DNA from: Candidatus Daviesbacteria bacterium GW2011_GWA1_41_61
GTDB taxonomy: Bacteria > Patescibacteriota > Microgenomatia > Daviesbacterales > UBA10151
Direction of reading: 5' to 3'
NCBI GenBank assembly: GCA_000997385.1
Contig: LCBT01000002.1
Coordinates: forward strand, 119,424 to 183,423
DNA length: 64,000 nucleotides
Position 1 is the stretch's first letter; each line of letters opens with the position of its first letter. The translations under genes and the position numbers were made by a program. The notes under the pieces are model-generated. The model ran no database searches. It was not told the origin of the DNA and saw only the letters and a list, made by a program, of their open reading frames with translations. Positions 30,608 to 38,765 of this stretch are shown here, one piece after another.

Positions 30608-30844
30608 GTGCAGAAGGGTTTTATATTAACTCTATTTTTAGTGGCAGTGGTGATTATACTACTGTTATCTGTGTACTGGGATGGTCCTGTAAAGATTAGA
30701 GATATTTTTTCTCGACTAGAACAACCGCGAATTTGTAATGTGGGACTTAGGGCTGCTGAAAATCCTAAAACTGGAGAGTGCCGGCAGTTTCCGACTTCCT
30801 GTGACATTCCTGATGGATGGGCAGTGGTAGAGAGCTGCCCTTAG
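30608..30844 (+). CDS. MQKGF-leader small Cys-rich secreted protein (family member 1)
   Basis: It starts MQKGF + TM (GTG start) and carries a Cys-rich module (C...C...CDIPDG...C) shared with members 2 and 5. Confidence 0.4.
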   Translation: MQKGFILTLFLVAVVIILLLSVYWDGPVKIRDIFSRLEQPRICNVGLRAAENPKTGECRQFPTSCDIPDGWAVVESCP

Positions 30845-31563
30845 AAGATCCTGATTTTGGCTTGTTGCTTTAGCTGTTGGAATTTCTCAGCAAAGATTTG
30901 AGAAAGTTTTTCCTGTTTTAATAAATCCTGGGCTTCTTTTTGCTGTCCAGCAGAGTCAGTTGCTTGAAGTCGGTCTTTATTCTCAGTAATAAATTTTTCA
31001 ACCTCTTGGGCAGAAACAGTTGCCTCGCCGTCATATATCTTTTCAATAATCAGTTGGAACTTCAACTGTTGTCTAAAGCTATCCCTGTTTTGTCCCTGGC
31101 TGGAGAGCAAACTATCCAGCATTTTAGACCCCCCTACTTTAGTTTCTACCTCAGCTACTTTATTATCCAACTCTTTATTGGAAATAGTGACTCCTTTTTT
31201 ACCAGCCTCATTAAGAAGAATTTTTTCGTTAATCATCTGGGTTAAAACTTGTTCCCGGTATTGTTTATTCAGTCTTTGCTGTAGCTCTAGATTAGAAACA
31301 GGAGTGTTGTTAACAGTGGCAGCAATAAACCACTCTTTTTTGTAAGAAGCCAAAAGGACTAAACCAATAGCTAAAAGTAATAGATAAGCACCTTTGGAGG
31401 GTCTATAATTTAAAAGAGCAGAGGGGGATTGTTTAATCTTGGAGAGAAAACTTTTCTTATTTGGTGTTGAATCTGTTTTAGGCCTGGAGGTTTTAGAAAA
31501 AGATTGGGAGGTTCTCCTCTTTGTTTCCCTATTTTTTGGGCCTTTTTGATTTATTCTTGTCAT
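30841..31563 (-). CDS. SurA N-domain-like periplasmic chaperone-like protein
   Basis: A basic N-terminus and TM are followed by a helical region resembling SurA_N/PpiC-associated domains. The assignment is tentative. Confidence 0.35.
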   Translation of the reverse strand: MTRINQKGPKNRETKRRTSQSFSKTSRPKTDSTPNKKSFLSKIKQSPSALLNYRPSKGAYLLLLAIGLVLLASYKKEWFIAATVNNTPVSNLELQQRLNKQYREQVLTQMINEKILLNEAGKKGVTISNKELDNKVAEVETKVGGSKMLDSLLSSQGQNRDSFRQQLKFQLIIEKIYDGEATVSAQEVEKFITENKDRLQATDSAGQQKEAQDLLKQEKLSQIFAEKFQQLKQQAKIRIF

Positions 31564-31627
31564 TGGCCGATATTAACATGAAACTTTTCTCTTTGACAAT
31601 AGGTTATTTTCACGCTACTCTGAAAAT

Positions 31628-32431
31628 ATGCAAAAGGGTTTTAGTCCCACTTCCGTTTTAGTTGGAATTTGCCTTACCGCTTTAGCGGTGGCAGGGGTTT
31701 ACTACTTAAAACCCAATACTCTTCCGTTTCCCAGGAATAACTCTCCTCAGGCTTGCACCCAAGAAGCCAAACAATGTCCTGACGGATCCTTTGTGGGAAG
31801 ATCAGGGCCTAACTGTGAATTTGCTCCTTGCCCTTCCCCCACACCTTCCCAAACCCCTGATGAAACTGCTAGTTGGAAAGCATATATAAATCACCAAAAT
31901 GCATTTTCAATACAATATCCTCAAGCTGTAATTATCAAGGAACTTAACCCAAACGAGATAACCATGCGATTGCCCGATGACACGGATAATAATTTAGTTT
32001 TTGATCTAATCTTTATTAATATTAATCCTGCAGGGGTTACAGATATAAAGCAAGCAATTAAATCTTATGATGCTACAAAATTGTCTTCTAATGATATAGT
32101 AATCGGTGGAATTAAAGGTCTTTACTTTGACTCTGTGCCAGCGGCGTATGAAGCATCTGATGCTTTTGTTATTAAAAATGGTTTGCTCTTTGCATTCCGT
32201 ATAGAAGGAAATTCACCCAAATTCTCAGAAAATAAAAAAATATTTAACCAAATTCTTTCTACCTTTAAATTTTTAGATGGTACTTTAGAAGAAAGAAACT
32301 ATGTTTGTCCGAAAAGTGAATGGGTTAATTGCATGCCGGGGCCGGATTTTAAAAATCAAGAGCAGTGTAGTGAGGACTTTTTAAAGTGGGCAAAAAGTAA
32401 CTGTCCTAGCTTTAAAGGCGGTGCTTATTAA
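31628..32431 (+). CDS. MQKGF-leader secreted protein (family member 2)
   Basis: MQKGF + TM, then Cys-rich CTQEAKQCPDG...C...C, then WKAYINHQNAFSIQYP. It ends with ILSTFKFL and KWAKSNCPSF. Confidence 0.55.
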   Translation: MQKGFSPTSVLVGICLTALAVAGVYYLKPNTLPFPRNNSPQACTQEAKQCPDGSFVGRSGPNCEFAPCPSPTPSQTPDETASWKAYINHQNAFSIQYPQAVIIKELNPNEITMRLPDDTDNNLVFDLIFININPAGVTDIKQAIKSYDATKLSSNDIVIGGIKGLYFDSVPAAYEASDAFVIKNGLLFAFRIEGNSPKFSENKKIFNQILSTFKFLDGTLEERNYVCPKSEWVNCMPGPDFKNQEQCSEDFLKWAKSNCPSFKGGAY

Positions 32432-32439
32432 CTAAAGTT

Positions 32440-33096
32440 ATGCAAAAAGGCTCTGTCCAGCTTTTATTAATCTTTGTAACGGTAATACTTATTGTTGGTG
32501 TAATATACTTTTACCAAAATACAAATAAGGGGACTTTACTACAAAGCCCCGCAACTACTTTAAAACAACCAGAAAAACAGCCAGAATTTAACAATTATTC
32601 AAATTCAGAATTTGGATTTAAGTATTCGAATGATTTAACCGTCGAAGTAGACTCAGAAGAGAAATTTAACAAAAGAGGCAGCACTAATTTTAGAAAGAAT
32701 TTTAGTGGTTCTGCGGGATATGAGCCGGGGAAATTTTTAAGGGCAGTAGTAGTGTTGGATCAGGAAGAAAAATATGACAGCAATCCTTTTAGTGTTTGGG
32801 TATTTGATAACCCTAATAATTTAACAGCAGAGGCATGGTTTGATAAATATTGGTACTACCCATATCTTTGGGGAGTGTTTGATTTTACATCAAAAGGACA
32901 TATTACTCCTGATGCAGAAGCCACAGTTTCAGACCAGGTAGGGAAATCTAAAGTTGTGGGTTACCAAGCTGGTGAGCCAAAATATATCTATATCTCAAAA
33001 GATAAAAAGATCTATTTGTTTAGGGTAATTACAGAAACAGGGGATCAAATCCTTTCCACCTTTAAATTTTTACCCGCCACAGCGGGCAGGGATTAA
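32440..33096 (+). CDS. MQKG-leader secreted protein (family member 3)
   Basis: MQKG + TM, with the shared FGFKYSNDL and C-terminal ILSTFKFL motifs. Confidence 0.55.
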   Translation: MQKGSVQLLLIFVTVILIVGVIYFYQNTNKGTLLQSPATTLKQPEKQPEFNNYSNSEFGFKYSNDLTVEVDSEEKFNKRGSTNFRKNFSGSAGYEPGKFLRAVVVLDQEEKYDSNPFSVWVFDNPNNLTAEAWFDKYWYYPYLWGVFDFTSKGHITPDAEATVSDQVGKSKVVGYQAGEPKYIYISKDKKIYLFRVITETGDQILSTFKFLPATAGRD

Positions 33097-33120
33097 AAAT
33101 GAAAGAACCGTTCCTAGAGA

Positions 33121-33149
33121 TTGACAAAAACAATACAGTGTGTATAATT
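33121..33149 (+). promoter_or_regulatory. Consensus sigma70-type promoter TTGACA-N17-TATAAT driving the toxin-antitoxin pair
   Basis: TTGACA is at 33121-33126, a 17-nt spacer follows, and TATAAT is at 33144-33149. Confidence 0.6.
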
Positions 33150-33178
33150 AGTGTGTATAGGTGAAGGGAAATTTCAGC

Positions 33179-33415
33179 ATGCAGACACAAAGAATTAACA
33201 TTACCTTACCAAATGATTTAGCCCGGGATCTTCGGAAGTTAATTCCTACCCGCTCTCGCAGCAAATTTATTGCTAGCGCTATTGAAGAGAAATTAAGCAA
33301 GAAAGATTTAAAAGATCTGCTTCGCAAGAGCGCAGAGGCACAACGGCAAATTATTGAAGAAATCCGCAAAGATTTTGCACGCGCCGATGAAGAAGCCTTC
33401 AGCAAGTTATCCTAA
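33179..33415 (+). CDS. Ribbon-helix-helix (CopG/MazE-like) antitoxin
   Basis: The N-terminal RINITLPNDLARDL is a typical RHH beta-strand. It is small, acidic at the C-terminus and overlaps the toxin gene. The likely ATG is 33179; the listed ORF begins at an upstream GTG (33161). Confidence 0.55.
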   Translation: MQTQRINITLPNDLARDLRKLIPTRSRSKFIASAIEEKLSKKDLKDLLRKSAEAQRQIIEEIRKDFARADEEAFSKLS

Positions 33416-33746
33416 AAACGGGGAAATTTTTATTGCCGATTTAAACCCTTCCTTTGGTCGGGAGATCCATAAAAAACGCCCGGTACTGGTTATCTCTAAC
33501 AACGTACTAAATCAAGTTCTGCCCACAGTAATTGTTATCCCCTTTAGCTCAATCATCCCACAATTCATTGGCCCGGATATAGTTAAAATTAACAAACAAA
33601 AGGGGCTAAATAAACAATCAACCATTATTGTTAATCAATTACGTTCTATTGATAAAGAAAGGTTAGTTAAAAAGGTTGGTAAGTTATCCAAAACAAATTC
33701 ACAAGAGGTAGAAGAAGCCATCAAAATTGTGCTAGACTTAAATTAA
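33387..33746 (+). CDS. mazF: MazF/PemK-family endoribonuclease toxin
   Basis: GEIFIADLNPSFGREIHKKRPVLVISNNVLN and TVIVIPFSS match the MazF/PemK core. Confidence 0.8.
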   Translation: MKKPSASYPKNGEIFIADLNPSFGREIHKKRPVLVISNNVLNQVLPTVIVIPFSSIIPQFIGPDIVKINKQKGLNKQSTIIVNQLRSIDKERLVKKVGKLSKTNSQEVEEAIKIVLDLN

Positions 33747-34444
33747 TGCAAAAAGGCTTTGCTCCTATTTTGGGTATCCTGGTAATTTTAGTCGCAGTTT
33801 CAATCGGATACGTAATATTAATTGGTTTTCCAGAAAATAAAAAATGCGGACAAGTGTTTGCTTGCCATGGTATCCCATTAAATAATCAATGTATAGGTTA
33901 TAACTCCACTTTTGCCTATGTTGACTGTGCCAAGACAAGTCTAACTGATGAAACTGTTGACACTGAGGGAACTCGAAGTGCTAACTGGAAAACATATACA
34001 AATAGTAAGTATGGATTTTCTTTAAAATATCCGACAAGTTGGACCCTAACAGAGTTTACCAATATAGAAAGTGGAAGCATATATCGGGTTTTTGATTTAA
34101 AACCACAAAATGAGGAAGATAAAAGAAGTCACAATACCATAAATTTCAGATATTTTAATAATCTTAAAAAACTTTCTTTAGAAGATTTTGAAAGAGAACA
34201 GGGCCCAAACAGTGAAGGAGCAGGAAATTGTGGGATTTATTTGCCTGATGATGTGTTAGTCAAAAATAATAGCGGAGTAGATGGCTATTATAGAAAAAAA
34301 GGGATTTGTGAACCACTAGATGCAAAATTTTATACATGGGCTAAGGGAGATAAAATATTTCAACTAATTGATTTTCGTTGGTTTAATGCATCTGAGGATA
34401 AACTACTCAATGAGATTTTTGAAAGCGTTAAATTTTTAGAGTAG
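33746..34444 (+). CDS. MQKGF-leader secreted protein (family member 4)
   Basis: MQKGF + TM, a Cys-rich module, WKTYTNSKYGFSLKYPTSW, and a C-terminal IFESVKFLE. Confidence 0.55.
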   Translation: MQKGFAPILGILVILVAVSIGYVILIGFPENKKCGQVFACHGIPLNNQCIGYNSTFAYVDCAKTSLTDETVDTEGTRSANWKTYTNSKYGFSLKYPTSWTLTEFTNIESGSIYRVFDLKPQNEEDKRSHNTINFRYFNNLKKLSLEDFEREQGPNSEGAGNCGIYLPDDVLVKNNSGVDGYYRKKGICEPLDAKFYTWAKGDKIFQLIDFRWFNASEDKLLNEIFESVKFLE

Positions 34445-35152
34445 GTATATATCAACAAATTTTGCTTTCCAACCTGCAGTTCTTGCATCATCGAAGCCCA
34501 AATCAATAATATTACCTTTAATGGCTCCCCCGGTATCACCTGCTACCGCTACCCCATACCCCGGAACATAAACTTTACTCCTTAGTTTTATAACTTTGGG
34601 GTCAACAGCAATGACCCCTTTTCCTTGTCTCATACCGATGGCTGTCCATTCGTTACATCCGAGGCAGTGAGAATCATAATGGGTGGCCCAAACCCGTAAT
34701 TTTTTCCAGTATCTGATCTCTCCGTCGGCAGTTTGTAAAGTTTTCCAAACGATTTTTGTTCCCCGGGAAATAATTTTGTCTTTAGGGTCTTGAGTCTCCG
34801 TGCCCACAATTTCCCGGGAGTATTCCTTTCCTTCGTATAAAGTGAGCTTAGTGACAGTAGTTTTTTTGCCATCCTCACCTTCCTGGAGGACGGTATCAGT
34901 TCCGGCTTCGGTTTCCGGGTCATCATTATAAACTGTTTTATAAGGGAGGCTTTCGGTTTTTTCTACCAACTCTTCTTTAAAACGGGACTCTGTTTTAATA
35001 GGTTGCAGAGAAGTTGGAGAATCTGAGCTGGCAGATAACACTGAAGGAGATTGATTAGCTTGAGTTGGGGTAGGGTGGGTCTGAAGTGGAGGCAGGTAGA
35101 AATGAATAAAAAAAGCTACGAGGATTAAAGCTGCTCCAATCAAAGATTTCAT
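34436..35152 (-). CDS. G5 + 3D domain cell-wall protein (YabE/YocH-like)
   Basis: A signal/TM start and a G5-like segment (EGEDGKKTTVTKLTLYEG) precede the C-terminal 3D-domain motifs (WATHYDSHC ... GVIAVDPKVIKL ... AGDTGGAIKGNIIDL). Confidence 0.6.
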   Translation of the reverse strand: MKSLIGAALILVAFFIHFYLPPLQTHPTPTQANQSPSVLSASSDSPTSLQPIKTESRFKEELVEKTESLPYKTVYNDDPETEAGTDTVLQEGEDGKKTTVTKLTLYEGKEYSREIVGTETQDPKDKIISRGTKIVWKTLQTADGEIRYWKKLRVWATHYDSHCLGCNEWTAIGMRQGKGVIAVDPKVIKLRSKVYVPGYGVAVAGDTGGAIKGNIIDLGFDDARTAGWKAKFVDIYLL

Positions 35153-35159
35153 TATTTAT

Positions 35160-37031
35160 CTACACATTGAGCCATTCATCTTGATCCTGATCAATTGTAA
35201 CATCATCCAAAAACTGGCCTCGGTCCTGATAATTTGTGGCAGAATTAATCAGTTCTTCTGGCAGATCAATGACAAAACGGGAGACTAAGTTATTAGAACG
35301 GGTGCCAAAATAAAGCCTTTGTCTGGTATAGGTTAAAAAAAGTCTCTCTTTGGCCCGGGTAATACCAACATAACAAAGCCTTCTTTCTTCTTCCAGCTCA
35401 TTGGGATTCAGTAAAGACCTCGAATGGGGGAACAAACCCTCTTCCATGCCAACTATAAAGACCATTGGCCACTCTAAACCTTTAGCCTGATGGAGGGTAG
35501 TTAAGGTAACAGTTTCTTTTTTGTTTTGTCCCCTTTTGAGCTTTTCATCTGAGGAATATTCACTTTCTACCAGGGCGACATTTTCTAAAAACTCTATTAA
35601 GTTGGGGTACTGCTGCGCCACCGAGCGAAGCTCTTTGACGTTTTCAATCCTTGATTTACCGGAATCAGCACCGTCATCCAGATAATCTAAATAATCAGTC
35701 TTTTGTAAAATTAAATCTAACAGCTCTAAAGTGGTATAGTTGGTTAAGGTCTCGCTGAAAAGTTCCCGGAACCTATTTGCTCGGGTTTTGCCGATTTTTT
35801 CAATCCTATTTTTAGAGATTGAATCCTCACTGTTGGCCAGAAGCCGCAGGTACGCGAGTATATCTTTAATCTCCTTTCTCTCATAGAACCTAATGCCCCC
35901 TACTAAAATATAAGGCACTCCGGCTTTGAGAAAAATTTCCTCTAAGGACCGGGATTGGGCGTTGGTGCGGTATAACACCGCACAACTGGAAAGAGGGAAG
36001 TTAAACTTTTTAATCTTACTGACAATAAAAAGGGCTTCTTCCTCTTCGTTCCTGGTTTCTACCACCTCAATTTTTTCTCCGGGAGGGTTGTTAGTCCAAA
36101 GCTTGAGGATTGGGTGGGAGTTGTTTTTAGAGATGACTGCAAAGGCAGCGTCCAAGATGATTTGGGTAGAGCGGTAGTTTTGCTCTAAGTTAAAAACTCT
36201 GGCTCCCGGGTAGTCCCTTTGGAAATTAACAATATTTCTAAAATCAGCTCCCCGAAACATGTAAATGGATTGGGAAGCATCCCCTACCACACAGATGTTT
36301 TTGTAGCGGTGGGCCAAAAGTTTGGAGAGTAAATATTGGACAGTGTTAGTATCCTGATACTCGTCAATTAAGATGTAGCGAAACTGAAGCTGGTATTGGG
36401 ATAAAACTTCCGGGTAAGTCTGAAACAGCTTGACGGTTAAAAGCAGTAGATCATCAAAATCTACCGCTTTGTTTTTTTCCAGTATTTTTTGGTACTCCAG
36501 ATAAATTTTAGCTACCGTTTCCTGATAGTAACCCCTGGCATATTGAGGATATTCCAGGGAGGAGATCATCTCGTTTTTGGCCTGGGAGATAGTATTTTTG
36601 ATTCCGGAAGGAGAGCTTTTTTGAGGGGAGAGGTCTAAATGTTTCATTGCCTCTTTGATGGCATCTAAGGCATCATGTTCGTCATAGATAGAAAAGGAGG
36701 GGGGGAGTCCTATAAGGTGTCCATCTTTTCGTAAAATCCGGGCACAGAAAAAGTGAAAGGTGCCCATGGTTGGGAGGTTAGAGGTTTTGGGTTGATAGCT
36801 TAAAAGCTTGATAATTCTGCCTTTCATCTCATCAGAGGCTTTGTTGGTAAAAGTTAAAACACAGATATTTTCTGGGGGGACAGCTTTTTCTTTAATAAGA
36901 TAGGCTACCCGGTGGGTTAAAGCTTTAGTTTTTCCACTCCCTGCTCCGGCCATGATTAGAGTCGGTCCTTCAGTAGCTTTAACAGCCTCTTTTTGCACTG
37001 GATTTAGGTCATCAAGAAGATTACTGAGCAT
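35160..37031 (-). CDS. pcrA: ATP-dependent DNA helicase UvrD/PcrA (SF1)
   Basis: Walker A (AGAGSGKT), helicase motifs (VDEYQDT, QNYRST, GLEWP) and a length of about 620 aa. Confidence 0.85.
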   Translation of the reverse strand: MLSNLLDDLNPVQKEAVKATEGPTLIMAGAGSGKTKALTHRVAYLIKEKAVPPENICVLTFTNKASDEMKGRIIKLLSYQPKTSNLPTMGTFHFFCARILRKDGHLIGLPPSFSIYDEHDALDAIKEAMKHLDLSPQKSSPSGIKNTISQAKNEMISSLEYPQYARGYYQETVAKIYLEYQKILEKNKAVDFDDLLLLTVKLFQTYPEVLSQYQLQFRYILIDEYQDTNTVQYLLSKLLAHRYKNICVVGDASQSIYMFRGADFRNIVNFQRDYPGARVFNLEQNYRSTQIILDAAFAVISKNNSHPILKLWTNNPPGEKIEVVETRNEEEEALFIVSKIKKFNFPLSSCAVLYRTNAQSRSLEEIFLKAGVPYILVGGIRFYERKEIKDILAYLRLLANSEDSISKNRIEKIGKTRANRFRELFSETLTNYTTLELLDLILQKTDYLDYLDDGADSGKSRIENVKELRSVAQQYPNLIEFLENVALVESEYSSDEKLKRGQNKKETVTLTTLHQAKGLEWPMVFIVGMEEGLFPHSRSLLNPNELEEERRLCYVGITRAKERLFLTYTRQRLYFGTRSNNLVSRFVIDLPEELINSATNYQDRGQFLDDVTIDQDQDEWLNV

Positions 37032-37078
37032 AAGACGAAGTTAAGTATACCAGGAGCAGGTAGAAGATACTATCTGTC

Positions 37079-37339
37079 TCAAGTTTCTCTTAGGGTGGGT
37101 TTTGCTAAAGTCGGCGGGGTACCCCATTCCTGAGCCATCATTCTGTCAATACTCTTTTCAGTATAAGGTTCTGTTTCTACTCCTAAATTCAATAAACCTA
37201 ATTTTTCTATTCGTACCTTCACACCTCGTGAAAGGGCAGAGTCTAGGGTTCTTATACCCCACTGTCTTTGGACGCGTAATCCCTCAATATGTACTTCCTC
37301 ATCGAACTTTCTTTGTTGTTTTGCGTTTCTTTCGACCAT
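37079..37339 (-). CDS. Hypothetical small protein upstream of the helicase
   Basis: ORF only; it overlaps an equally long opposite-strand ORF, so it is uncertain. Confidence 0.2.
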   Translation of the reverse strand: MVERNAKQQRKFDEEVHIEGLRVQRQWGIRTLDSALSRGVKVRIEKLGLLNLGVETEPYTEKSIDRMMAQEWGTPPTLAKPTLRET

Positions 37340-37442
37340 GGGATAATTGTAGGAAAAATTAATATTAATATCAATATAGGAATATTTTCTAGTATTTTTG
37401 GTATTTTACAAATTGAAAATCTATGGTATTATTTTTCTTCGT

Positions 37443-37703
37443 ATGGCAATTAAATTAATTGATTTCTGGGCCCCTTGGTGTTCCCCTTGCCAGGCGATGA
37501 AGCCGGTGATAGAGGAGCTTCATAAAGAGCTTGATGGTAAGGTGGAAATTGTTGAGGTGAATGTTGACGAAAACCCTACTGATGCCACCAAGTACGGGGT
37601 GATGAGCATCCCAACTTATATCATTTTAAAGGATGATAAGGAAGTTGGCCGTAAAATTGGCTATACTTCTAAAGCCGATTTATTAAAGTTGATCGCAACT
37701 TAA
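37443..37703 (+). CDS. trxA: Thioredoxin, minimal form lacking the N-terminal beta1-alpha1
   Basis: It has the WCSPC active site within DFWAPWCSPCQ and a cis-Pro motif (SIPT). The ATG is at 37443. TTTACA-N16-TATTAT ends 10 nt upstream, so the transcript is leaderless or nearly so. The listed ORF begins at a TTG at 37398. Confidence 0.7.
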   Translation: MAIKLIDFWAPWCSPCQAMKPVIEELHKELDGKVEIVEVNVDENPTDATKYGVMSIPTYIILKDDKEVGRKIGYTSKADLLKLIAT

Positions 37704-37744
37704 GGGTTTTAGTTTTTAACAATTTCTTCTAAACTATTGATAAG

Positions 37745-38059
37745 ATGGGCTTTAAGGAGCATGTTATCCGGGTGGTTAAACAAATTCCCCAAGGTAAAGT
37801 CACAACATATGGGACAGTAGCTACTTTGGCAGGGATGCCGCGGGGAGGAAGACTGGTGGGGGGTATTTTGCATTTTTGTACCGAGTCCAATGATTTGCCT
37901 TGGCAAAGGATAATAAACAGGGAAGGTTTTATTTCCACTAAATGTTTGGAACATCCTAAACAGGCACAAAAGGCTTTATTGGCATCTGAAGGGATAGAAG
38001 TTTCGGATGATTTTACGGTAGACTTGAATAAATATGGCTGGTTTGGAGAAAAGATTTAA
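37745..38059 (+). CDS. Alkyltransferase-like protein (MGMT family; Cys replaced in PWQRI)
   Basis: It has the MGMT DNA-binding domain. The active-site PCHR is replaced by LPWQRIIN, as in ATL proteins. Confidence 0.55.
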   Translation: MGFKEHVIRVVKQIPQGKVTTYGTVATLAGMPRGGRLVGGILHFCTESNDLPWQRIINREGFISTKCLEHPKQAQKALLASEGIEVSDDFTVDLNKYGWFGEKI

Positions 38060-38064
38060 CAGTT

Positions 38065-38739
38065 ATGAATAAGCAACTCTGGATTATTGCCAATTGGAAG
38101 AGCAATAAAAATATTAGGGAAGCTTTGGAGTGGATTGATAAAGTGGGACCGGAGTTAGAAAACCGCCTTCATGTTAAGGTAGTGGTTTGTCCGGCCTTTA
38201 CTGATATTGAAGAGGTCAAAAAGGCCGTTTTAGTAGGTAATTATCCCCTTATTGTTGGAGCTCAAGATGTATCTCCTTTTGCTGAAGGTCCTTATACCGG
38301 GGAGGAGTCAGCCAGAATTTTATCTGAATTGGTAGATTTGGCTATTTTAGGGCATTTTGAAAGACGGGAGAACTTTGGAGAGACTGATCAGATGATCTCA
38401 GAAAAGGTGCAGCAGGCAAAAAAGTTTAACATTACTCCCCTGGTTTGTGTTCAGGGAAAGGAAATTAAGGTACCAGAGGGAGTTAATCTCATCGCTTATG
38501 AACCCATTTTTGCCATCGGCAGTGGTAACCCGGATACTCCTCAAAATGCTGCCTTGGTAGCCCAGGGGCTTAAAGAACAATATGGGGAAGATTTAGAGGT
38601 TTTATATGGAGGAAGTGTGACCTCAGACAACAGCAAAGCGTTTTTACAACAGGAAGAGCTGAGCGGGCTACTGATTGGAAAATCTTCTTTGGATCCAGAG
38701 GAATTTGTAAAGATTGTAAAAATAGCCTATCTTATTTAA
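38065..38739 (+). CDS. tpiA: Triosephosphate isomerase
   Basis: ANWK, GHFERR (a GHSERR variant), the AYEPIFAIGSG catalytic Glu loop and YGGSV are all present. Confidence 0.85.
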   Translation: MNKQLWIIANWKSNKNIREALEWIDKVGPELENRLHVKVVVCPAFTDIEEVKKAVLVGNYPLIVGAQDVSPFAEGPYTGEESARILSELVDLAILGHFERRENFGETDQMISEKVQQAKKFNITPLVCVQGKEIKVPEGVNLIAYEPIFAIGSGNPDTPQNAALVAQGLKEQYGEDLEVLYGGSVTSDNSKAFLQQEELSGLLIGKSSLDPEEFVKIVKIAYLI

Positions 38740-38765
38740 TTTCATTTTAAAAAAATGGTACAATT

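Noticed and set aside
31628-31660. MQKGF N-termini as canonical type IV pilins
   Set aside because: The leader resembles a prepilin signal (KG|F) but lacks the conserved Glu5. A pilin identity is therefore left as a hypothesis rather than called.
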